Virus record (IMG/VR): IMGVR_UViG_3300028602_000002
Location: 51,423-115,422 of that record
Length of the DNA: 64,000 bases
Reading direction: 5' to 3' (one strand)
Origin: a virus
Taxonomy: Duplodnaviria > Caudoviricetes
The position numbers and the translations under genes were made by a program. Within the stretch, counting starts at the first letter, position 1. The number at the start of each line of letters is the position of its first letter. Below are positions 49,259-55,950 of this stretch, one piece after another. The notes beneath the pieces were generated by a model. That model saw only the letters and a list, made by a program, of their open reading frames with translations, did no database searches and had not been told where the DNA came from.

Positions 49259-50743
49259 CTATCTTAGGTTTTCAATATACTTAACCATGTTATCTACACC
49301 TTTTTCTACTAGAGGAATGAATGATAGAACCTTATCTGACCAGCCAGCTACATAGTTTACATTTTCTCCCAGGAATTGTTGACGACCATATCCTGCAGTA
49401 TCCATGATGTGTAACCAAACATTGCGATTAACTTTTGCTCTATACTGTTCAAAGTATTCTCTAGCATTACCTCTGCGACCAAAGTGCCCACCACCGCCAG
49501 CGAAGTCAGGATGAGCTTGATCATCACTTATAACTATAATTCTATCAGTGTAAATATTTTTATCCAATAGCCACTTGAAAATTAAAAACATGTTTGTGGC
49601 TCCAACTTGCATTTCCCTAACCACTTTACGAGTATTAGTTAAAACCCCACTTTGGCGGTTTAAAACTAAAGGCTCGAAGGTATTTGAAAATGTTGATGTA
49701 ATTGCAGAATCACATGAATGTTGTGCAATAGACATTAATAGTCCAGCTATCTCAGCACAAGTTATAGTACTTCTTTGAGAAGGTTTACTCCATGTCATAG
49801 ATCCTGAACCATCAGCTGATAATAAAGTCTTTCCTGACAGTCTTTCAACATTTCCTACTGAGAATCCAATGGCTTCTTCTAAAGTTTCTAGTGCTGCTTC
49901 TGTGTTGAAAGATGGAAATTGTTCAATCTCTCTGTAAGCGGCGTAGAATCTAAAAGGTAATTGGCGTGATTTCAATACTCTATCTCTATTAGAAAGAGTT
50001 TGCATTACCTTATTTACGTTATTAGGATCTGCTTTTAAGATGTTTCTTAAATTTCTTAAAAGAGCCATGTATCCTACTTTACCACTCTCAATTAGCTCTT
50101 CCCATGTTTCTTTATTATTACCGCGGGCTGACAATACAGTCTCCCATGTATATGGAGTTTTTAGATTGTCTTCTAACAGCCTTTTCCACATATCACTATA
50201 TTCCATAGTAGATGGACGTGGGTGAGCAATACATAGAATATCTTTTAGTTTAACTGCTTGGTTTCGATTATACTTCTGTAACTGGTATTCATCGAATTTA
50301 GGGAAGACATCAGCTAATCCTTTCTTTAAGCTGTTAGGTACTGGTTTTCCATAGTTATTTAGGAAATAAGCTAAAGTTTCTGTCATATCGTCTGGTCTGA
50401 CAACAACTTCTTTCATTACTTCTCTCACAAAAGGCTTACTTTCATTAACAGCAGCCATCTCTGCCATTATTGCATGAGTAACACTTCTTAGATTCAAAGT
50501 GTTTCTAGCATAGATTGCTAGATTGCGAACAAAAGCTGGATCTTTACAACACATATTTCTAATAGCACTAACCAGGTCTTTTGTTTGCTCGTTTACATTG
50601 CCGTAAAATTTAGGTTCTCCAAAAAATGTAGTTAGAACTTTTCTAACCAAATCTTCTTTTGCATTTGGAGTCTTAAATGCTGGAGCACCTTCATAAGTTG
50701 TAGTTCTGTTAACTCCTCTTTCTGACAAATTGAACTTTGCCAT
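49259..50743 (-). CDS. rsr: Ro60/TROVE-domain RNA-binding protein (Rsr ortholog)
   Basis: T.TYEG..AF, FDEYQL.KY, LKD.L...HP.P, TWET.LS, GYMALLRNLRNI, SRQLPFRF; vWA MIDAS DGSGSM and ISDDQ; ATG 50743 has SD aaggag. Confidence 0.95.
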   Translation of the reverse strand: MAKFNLSERGVNRTTTYEGAPAFKTPNAKEDLVRKVLTTFFGEPKFYGNVNEQTKDLVSAIRNMCCKDPAFVRNLAIYARNTLNLRSVTHAIMAEMAAVNESKPFVREVMKEVVVRPDDMTETLAYFLNNYGKPVPNSLKKGLADVFPKFDEYQLQKYNRNQAVKLKDILCIAHPRPSTMEYSDMWKRLLEDNLKTPYTWETVLSARGNNKETWEELIESGKVGYMALLRNLRNILKADPNNVNKVMQTLSNRDRVLKSRQLPFRFYAAYREIEQFPSFNTEAALETLEEAIGFSVGNVERLSGKTLLSADGSGSMTWSKPSQRSTITCAEIAGLLMSIAQHSCDSAITSTFSNTFEPLVLNRQSGVLTNTRKVVREMQVGATNMFLIFKWLLDKNIYTDRIIVISDDQAHPDFAGGGGHFGRRGNAREYFEQYRAKVNRNVWLHIMDTAGYGRQQFLGENVNYVAGWSDKVLSFIPLVEKGVDNMVKYIENLR

Positions 50744-50784
50744 CTCAATCACTCTCCTTTTAATTTTTAGGAAGTATAAAATAA

Positions 50785-50889
50785 ATAACACAACAGAGTA
50801 TTGGTGTTTACAGTTGCGTTTTTGGTCGCCACCTGGAGATAATTAGACTATTATCGAAGTAACTGCAAACTACACTACCGTTGTGTTAT
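50785..50889 (-). ncRNA. Y RNA-like unit 7 (payload: short hairpins)
   Basis: AUAACACAACGG UAGUGUA GUUUGCAGUU ACUUCG ... AACUGUAAAC ... CUGUUGUGUUAU; ends pair. Confidence 0.8.
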
Positions 50890-50898
50890 AAATTTCTT

Positions 50899-50976
50899 AG
50901 CAGAGAAAGTCAATAATGGTCTATATATGGCCGAACTTTTCCAGAATTCGAAGTAACCATTATTTACACTACTGCT
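50899..50976 (-). ncRNA. Y RNA-like unit 6 (payload: anticodon-like stem-loop, GGA)
   Basis: AGCAG UAGUGUA AAUAAUGGUU ACUUC GAAUU-CUGGAAA-AGUUC ... GACCAUUAUU ... CUGCU. Confidence 0.8.
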
Positions 50977-50986
50977 GTAATAGTGT

Positions 50987-51115
50987 AGGGAAGAATAAGC
51001 GAACAGAGAAATTTTACGCTCTACCACTTGAGCTACATGGGACATGCCCATGATAGGAGTCGAACCTATAGCCTCTCAATTAACAGTCGAAGTAACTCTG
51101 CTCTACACTGTCCCT
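50987..51115 (-). ncRNA. YrlA-like Y RNA unit 5 (circularly permuted tRNA-Asn-like domain)
   Basis: Scaffold plus UUCGA-CUGUUAA-UUGAG, T arm AUAGG-UUCGACU-CCUAU, closed acceptor CAUGGG/CCCAUG, D arm GCUC-AAGUGGUA-GAGC. Confidence 0.9.
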
Positions 51116-51133
51116 TCTAAGGGAAAAATTTTT

Positions 51134-51270
51134 TTGGGAAGAAAAGGCGAATAGAGGTTACGTTAAGCGTGCTATCATTACACTAAACCCCCATAATGGT
51201 GGAGGTCACAGGAATCAAACCTGTACTACTCGCTCCCTATGCGAAGTATCTCTACTCTACGCTATCCCAA
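51134..51270 (-). ncRNA. YrlA-like Y RNA unit 4 (circularly permuted tRNA-Pro-like domain)
   Basis: Scaffold plus UUCGC-AUAGGGA-GCGAG, T arm ACAGG-UUUGAUU-CCUGU, acceptor GACCUCC-ACCAUUAU-GGGGGUU, D arm GUGU-AAUGAUA-GCAC. Confidence 0.88.
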
Positions 51271-51284
51271 ATTAAAATCTATTT

Positions 51285-51389
51285 AAGGGAGAATTGTCGC
51301 AAACAGTTTTTATTTGTGGGATTTGAACCCACTGAATTAAATTAGAAGTTTAATTTTTTACCGAAGTAACTGTTTACTGCACTACCCTT
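51285..51389 (-). ncRNA. Y RNA-like unit 3 (payload: anticodon arm UCU plus T arm)
   Basis: AAGGG UAGUGCA GUAAACAGUU ACUUCG .. AUUAAA-CUUCUAA-UUUAAU, GUGGG-UUCAAAU-CCCAC .. AACUGUUUGC .. CCCUU. Confidence 0.85.
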
Positions 51390-51403
51390 TAAAGTCATAT
51401 TGA

Positions 51404-51493
51404 GGGAGAGGAAGTATCGCCAACACTTTTTTTTATAAAATAAATACTTTCTCAAATAATTAAGTCGAAGTAAGTGTTGACTTCGCTGCTCCC
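51404..51493 (-). ncRNA. Y RNA-like unit 2 (AU-rich payload)
   Basis: GGGAG CAGCGAA GUCAACACUU ACUUCG ... AAGUGUUGGC ... CUCCC. Confidence 0.8.
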
Positions 51494-51500
51494 AGCTTAT

Positions 51501-51628
51501 AAAGCGAACAAATTCAGTGAGGCTAAGTCTTTTAGTAGAAGACATAAAACCTGTTGACAAGAGAATTTCTTCTCAATGTCCACTTGATCATCTGTATACG
51601 AAGTATTCCCCACTTGCAGTATCGCTTT
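51501..51628 (-). ncRNA. Y RNA-like unit 1 (payload: GAAA hairpin plus anticodon-like stem-loop, ACU)
   Basis: AAAGCGA UACUGCA AGUGGGG AAUACUUCG ... GUCUU-CUACUAA-AAGAC ... CCUCACU ... UCGCUUU. Confidence 0.75.
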
Positions 51629-51645
51629 TTTTACTTTCTATATAT

Positions 51646-51674
51646 ATTATACCATAATTTTTACGTTTTGTCAA
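51646..51674 (-). promoter_or_regulatory. sigmaA-type promoter for the Y RNA array-rsr operon
   Basis: TTGACA-17-TATAAT with TATG extended -10; predicted TSS about 10 nt before unit 1. Confidence 0.88.
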
Positions 51675-52257
51675 GAGAAACTTTATGGTTTAAAAGCTGT
51701 TTATTTCTCCATAAATTAAATTCTCTTCTTAATAATTCAAAATCTTTAGTGGTATCTTTCTTTTTATCAGGATCTCTCAATAGAGCCGCTGGATGAAACA
51801 TTGGTAATATTTTATACTCATTCTTTTGAAACCATCTTCCTCTTAGTTCTGTAATTCCATTGGGTAAATTTATAAATGCTTTTGTAGCAATATTACCTAA
51901 TGTAACAATTATTTTAGGAGAGATAATTTCTAACTGATCAGATAAAATTTCTTTACAGCTTTCAATCTCTTTAATATAAGGATTGCGATTATTGGGAGGA
52001 CGACATTTAACTACATTAGTAATGTAAATATCTTTCCTCTCAGCACCTATTAAATCTAAATAATTATTTAATAGATAGCCAGCTGCTCCACAAAAAGGAA
52101 CTCCTTCAATATCTTCATTATATCCTGGAGCTTCTCCTACAAATAATATTTCAGTATTAATATTCCCTTCTCCAAAAACAATATTTGTTCTACCCTTCCA
52201 TAAATCACATCTTTGACAACTTTGATAGTTTAAATACATTTTTTCTAATCTATCCAT
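51661..52257 (-). CDS. Uracil-DNA glycosylase, family 4
   Basis: C..C.L...R...VFG.G, VGEAPG, TNVVKCRPP.NR, HPAALL; start ATG 52257. Confidence 0.93.
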   Translation of the reverse strand: MDRLEKMYLNYQSCQRCDLWKGRTNIVFGEGNINTEILFVGEAPGYNEDIEGVPFCGAAGYLLNNYLDLIGAERKDIYITNVVKCRPPNNRNPYIKEIESCKEILSDQLEIISPKIIVTLGNIATKAFINLPNGITELRGRWFQKNEYKILPMFHPAALLRDPDKKKDTTKDFELLRREFNLWRNKQLLNHKVSLDKT

Positions 52258-52321
52258 ATGAACTCCTCTTTTATAAGAAATTTGAAAATAATAAAACTTT
52301 ATTATTCTCAAAAATAAGTTC

Positions 52322-52670
52322 TGGTGGAGCCGAGGGGAATCGAACCCCTGTCCGCAATATCTTTCAATAAATTAGTTTACTCTCATAGTCACTTATAGCT
52401 GTGACCGCTGCCCAGTAGCCCGGGGCACCACTCATTTTTTAATGGAGAAAATGAGAAACCTAAACACTTTATGGAATTAGTGTGAACCAAAGAGTGGTTT
52501 ATTTTTCTAAGCTCAGGAGTTGCTTAAACCATAAAGCTCTCCATTTTGCACTTAGTTTTAAGCCTAAGCAGCTTTTAATTTAGGTTCTGCAATTATTCAT
52601 ATACGTTTAACGATCGCCATCGGAGAGAGTAATTTACTTACTTAATACCACGTCGAAACCAGACGGCCCC
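52322..52670 (-). ncRNA. ssrA: tmRNA
   Basis: 5' GGGGCCGUCUGGUUUCGAC; 3' GGACAGGGGUUCGAUUCCCCUCGGCUCCACCA; G3-U pair; tag frame AEPKLKAA* at 52590-52564. Confidence 0.95.
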
Positions 52671-53023
52671 TAAGTTAATGAATATTCAATCATTACCCCT
52701 AGTGGGGTATCTACACCGTTGCCCATAATATGATAATTATGGATTGTCAATTCTTTACCAGCATCCATTTCTGGAGCCAATTTTTTAGCTAGATGTCTAT
52801 TAATGTAACCACAACTTACTGGTTCTTCTGGAATATAATCCACATTATCATCAACATAGATTGTGTTATCGGGTACAATATAAACATGAATAGCATTTGG
52901 ATCATAAGGATTTTCTGGTTCTCTTTCTGCTACTAATTGATCTACCATATCATTAATTTTTTTAATGTTTTCTTGCCTTCCATCATAGGTGACACCCACA
53001 ATCTTAGTCTTTTCAGTTTTCAC
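52670..53023 (-). CDS. HIRAN-domain protein
   Basis: IVGVTY..RQ, REPENPYDPNAI.V, GYI; GTG 53023 has SD aggagg. Confidence 0.85.
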   Translation of the reverse strand: MKTEKTKIVGVTYDGRQENIKKINDMVDQLVAEREPENPYDPNAIHVYIVPDNTIYVDDNVDYIPEEPVSCGYINRHLAKKLAPEMDAGKELTIHNYHIMGNGVDTPLGVMIEYSLT

Positions 53024-53198
53024 CTTTTTTATCCTCCTTTTTATCCACAATTAATTGTCCAGTTAATATCTTCTTTTTCATTTCATATTCTGTTTGTAGT
53101 TTGGACTCAATTGCTGCTTTACAAATAGCCCAAGCTTGCTTTTCTGTATATCCTTCTTCTATTAGTTTCTTAACACAACGATCTAATTCTTCTGGCAT
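53013..53198 (-). CDS. Small hypothetical protein
   Basis: MPEELDRCVKKL...QAWAIC; SD ggaggt. Confidence 0.6.
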   Translation of the reverse strand: MPEELDRCVKKLIEEGYTEKQAWAICKAAIESKLQTEYEMKKKILTGQLIVDKKEDKKGEN

Positions 53199-53262
53199 TT
53201 TGTCCACCTCCCGTTGGGAAAGCATCTCCTTTTAACAGCTTATTTTCATTCTTCTTATATAT

Positions 53263-53291
53263 ATTATACCATAAAATTTTATTTTTGTCAA
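53263..53291 (-). promoter_or_regulatory. sigmaA-type promoter (HIRAN/tmRNA/UDG unit)
   Basis: TTGACA-17-TATAAT with extended TG. Confidence 0.85.
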
Positions 53292-53317
53292 GAGAACGAG
53301 GAAAGTTTAGTATAAAT

Positions 53318-53392
53318 TGGTAGCGGACCCCAGGATTGAACTGGGTTACGTAGCTTATGAGGCTACTGAGATAGCCATACCTCCCGACCGCA
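53318..53392 (-). tRNA. tRNA-Met(CAU), initiator-like and atypical
   Basis: Cloverleaf, loop CUCAUAA, 1:72 mismatch, A11-U24, CCA encoded. Confidence 0.8.
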
Positions 53393-53515
53393 TTGTTTTC
53401 TCTCCTTTATCTCTTGACTTTCATCTTGAAATAGTAAACAACCATCTATTTCTTCATTATTATATATAGGACAAAGATATTTTTTCCAACAGTCATTACA
53501 TTTATTTTCCATACT

Positions 53516-53770
53516 TCAATTAACCCTCCCACAGTAAAAATTTTTACAAGTAAGGGGTCTATCTTCATAAATTTCACATAATCTGGTTTTTGGGTTTAAA
53601 AAAATGCACATATGTAGGTCATCACATAACTTCCAATTTAAAACTTTTACTCCTGTACTTCTAATTCTATAGAAATTTAGTTCAGTGATGGTAGTTATCC
53701 TTTCTATATCACTCTCTATAAGAGAGACAGTTTTACTGATACAGCACTCAGCACATTTTAAACACTTCAT
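53516..53770 (-). CDS. YkgJ-family CxxCxxCC protein
   Basis: CLKCAECC...CIFL......CEIYEDRPLTC. Confidence 0.85.
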   Translation of the reverse strand: MKCLKCAECCISKTVSLIESDIERITTITELNFYRIRSTGVKVLNWKLCDDLHMCIFLNPKTRLCEIYEDRPLTCKNFYCGRVN

Positions 53771-53792
53771 AGTTATTCTCCTTATAAGAGAC

Positions 53793-54161
53793 TTAACTGC
53801 CTGTAATTTCATCTATTTCTTTTGAATTAGCTGGTCCAATAGCAATACAAGTTTTAGTGGGCTGATTATTAAATTCTGTTAGTCCAGAATCAATTATCAT
53901 ACAACAAGGTAATTCCGCTTCATTGGCTAATTTGTATAAATTATCTAACTCTTCCTCAGAATTACAGCCTACAATTATCTTAGTAAATAAACCATGCAAC
54001 CAATCTTTCATTTCTTGAGTTAAACGCACATATAAAATATCTTTTATAGGAGAAATGTTTTTATCAAAAAATATTTTCATAGAAGCATGTGCAACTTGTG
54101 CTGCTAGTTTTCCCTTTCTCATATTCAAATCTTTTCTAACAACTATTACTTGTTTAATCAT
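53793..54161 (-). CDS. pth2: Peptidyl-tRNA hydrolase, Pth2 type
   Basis: KQVIVVRKDLNM.KGKLAAQVAHA, KIIV, IDSGLTE, TCIAIGP, ID.ITG; C-terminus apparently frameshifted. Confidence 0.92.
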   Translation of the reverse strand: MIKQVIVVRKDLNMRKGKLAAQVAHASMKIFFDKNISPIKDILYVRLTQEMKDWLHGLFTKIIVGCNSEEELDNLYKLANEAELPCCMIIDSGLTEFNNQPTKTCIAIGPANSKEIDEITGS

Positions 54162-54171
54162 ACTAACACCT

Positions 54172-54597
54172 CTAATTAGAATAAATTTTTCCATTACTGT
54201 CTAAGAAAATTACTTCTTCTATCATAGCATTTTTAATCATTCTATCACACATCAAGCAAGGAACTCCACTAGCAAATCCACCTTCTTTTTCAGTTCCAGC
54301 TATATAAATTTTAGCACCTTTCATTTTAACAGGATCTCCACTTATAATAGCATTAGCTTCAGCATGAATAGCCACACATAATTCATACCTTTCTCCTTTT
54401 GGAATTTTTAATTTTTCTCTAATACAAACTCCAAGATCTATACAATTATCTTGACCTCTAGCTGAACCGTTGTATCCTGTGCTAATAATAGTATTATTTG
54501 ATACGATCACAGCTCCGTAATTTCTTCTTAGACAAGTAGAACGCTTTGATACAGCAAGAGCTATATCAATAAAATATTTATTCCAATCCGATCTCAT
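54172..54597 (-). CDS. dCMP deaminase family protein
   Basis: RSTC.RR..GAVIV, TGYNG, HAEANAI, PCLMC. Confidence 0.9.
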   Translation of the reverse strand: MRSDWNKYFIDIALAVSKRSTCLRRNYGAVIVSNNTIISTGYNGSARGQDNCIDLGVCIREKLKIPKGERYELCVAIHAEANAIISGDPVKMKGAKIYIAGTEKEGGFASGVPCLMCDRMIKNAMIEEVIFLDSNGKIYSN

Positions 54598-54626
54598 ATT
54601 ATTATCTCCTTTTAATGAAAATAAAG

Positions 54627-54700
54627 TGGTGGTCCCGCTTGGAATCGAACCAAGACCAAGCGGTTATGAGCCGCCCGCTCGCCCTTCGAGCTACGGGACC
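54627..54700 (-). tRNA. tRNA(CAU), probably Ile2 (lysidine), otherwise elongator Met
   Basis: Cloverleaf, loop CUCAUAA, acceptor GGUCCCG (C4, C5), CCA. Confidence 0.85.
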
Positions 54701-54703
54701 ACG

Positions 54704-54778
54704 TGGTAGGGCTACTAGGAGTCGAACCTAGAGAACATGATTAGAAGTCATGTGCTTTGTCCATTAAGCGATAGCCCC
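54704..54778 (-). tRNA. tRNA-Arg(UCU)
   Basis: Cloverleaf, loop CUUCUAA, CCA. Confidence 0.92.
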
Positions 54779-55131
54779 ATATTAACTAATCCTCTATCCA
54801 TTACTCTAACGTAAGTCTTTTGTGGGAGAAGCCTATCTTTAATAGATAAATACCCAAATATGGGATCCACTGTTTCCCCACAAGTAAAAATATCAATAGC
54901 TGCATATTGATACTCAGGCCAAGTATGAATACTTATATGTGATTCTGATAGAATTAAAGCTCCTGTTATCCCTTGAAGATTAAATTCATGGAAGCAACTT
55001 CCACAAATAGAGGCACCAGTAGCTATTGCAGCCTCCTTTAAAGCAGAAGAAATAATTCCAATATCATTTAATACTTCACTATTACAGCCATAAAATTCAA
55101 TTAACATATGAGTTCCAATTGGTTTCACCAT
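54748..55131 (-). CDS. speD: S-adenosylmethionine decarboxylase proenzyme
   Basis: G.H.LIE.YGC, ILSESHISIHTWPEY.YAA.D.FTCG. Confidence 0.93.
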   Translation of the reverse strand: MVKPIGTHMLIEFYGCNSEVLNDIGIISSALKEAAIATGASICGSCFHEFNLQGITGALILSESHISIHTWPEYQYAAIDIFTCGETVDPIFGYLSIKDRLLPQKTYVRVMDRGLVNMGLSLNGQST

Positions 55132-55156
55132 AGGGCTTCCCCCCTTACATAGAAAA

Positions 55157-55338
55157 TAGGGCGGCTTTGAGAATAACTTTGGGGCTTAGGTCTGCTGAGA
55201 TTTCCTCATAGCAGATCACCACTTAGCTTCCACCGTAAACCCTCAAAGCCAAATAACTTGGGAATTTCTCCAATAGAGCAATACTATTCTGTCATAAACA
55301 GCAGGCCTGTAATAGTAAAGCTCACAAGCCATGCCCTA
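55157..55338 (-). ncRNA. Unassigned multi-branched structured RNA (speD leader or standalone)
   Basis: About 15 bp of end pairing plus three or four internal helices. Confidence 0.55.
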
Positions 55339-55638
55339 TAGATGACTATTCATAGTAATAACTATATCAGGAAATTTCTTTTCCAATCTTTTTTTAATTA
55401 GCAAACTTCCTGTTTTACTAAAACTGTGAAAATTTATATACTGAATAAAGATATTCTTCCTGATTAAAAATGTAATAGCATCTAATGCCAATCTTGAATC
55501 AGCTAAATTATGATCAAGAGAAAGGAAATCTATTTCCTCTTTTTTAAGAAGAGAAACAAAATCTACTAAGTTTCTAATTATAGTGAATTCCTTTTCATTT
55601 TTAGGAGTTTTCTCTACATCTAAATAAACTTTTAACAT
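55336..55638 (-). CDS. Cyclic-phosphate-processing receiver-like domain protein (degenerate)
   Basis: VYLDVEK.P ... SLDHNL ... I.FHS resembles the LDD.R...SLDHDL...HS.N pattern. Confidence 0.6.
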   Translation of the reverse strand: MLKVYLDVEKTPKNEKEFTIIRNLVDFVSLLKKEEIDFLSLDHNLADSRLALDAITFLIRKNIFIQYINFHSFSKTGSLLIKKRLEKKFPDIVITMNSHL

Positions 55639-55662
55639 TTTTTTCTCTCCTTTATAAAAATT

Positions 55663-55789
55663 AAGACTATCAAGTTAAGAGGTCTTCGAGATTGTCAGCT
55701 CGCCAGTTCTTAAAAGCATTAATCCTATATAGTCTGGCAGGACTATATAGCAACCAATACCCAATGCTGCCACATTACTTGATAGTCTT
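55663..55789 (-). ncRNA. Unassigned structured RNA with possible pseudoknot
   Basis: 13-bp terminal inverted repeat aagactatcaagt; 10-bp inner hairpin. Confidence 0.55.
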
Positions 55790-55799
55790 TTACTTCCAT

Positions 55800-55873
55800 T
55801 GGCTGAGGAGAAAGGGCTCGAACCTTTACTGTAAGATCCAAAGTCTTACGTGCTACCATTACACTACTCCCCA
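55800..55873 (-). tRNA. tRNA-Gln(UUG)
   Basis: Cloverleaf, U1-A72, loop CUUUGGA, CCA. Confidence 0.9.
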
Positions 55874-55874
55874 G

Positions 55875-55949
55875 TGGTAGAGGTATGAGGAATTGAACCT
55901 CAATCTGATGGTTCGTAGCCACCTATTTTGTCCATTAAACTATACCTCT
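55875..55949 (-). tRNA. tRNA-Arg(ACG)
   Basis: Cloverleaf, loop CUACGAA, CCA. Confidence 0.9.
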
Positions 55950-55950
55950 A

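Noticed and set aside
50987-51270. Ordinary tRNA or pseudo-tRNA genes
   Set aside because: Arm order is permuted, the acceptor stem is closed by a loop, and both are embedded in the shared scaffold.
50785-51628. CRISPR array or simple repeat reading of the recurring cgaagta motif
   Set aside because: The identical core is only 7 nt, spacing is irregular, flanks pair within each unit, and there are no cas genes. It fits structured RNA units instead.
55157-55338. SAM-I riboswitch, SRP RNA or 6S RNA
   Set aside because: I could not find the SAM-I AUC...GAU P1, kink-turn and GCAACC core or the SRP helix-8 motif. The fold is branched rather than a 6S-like rod.
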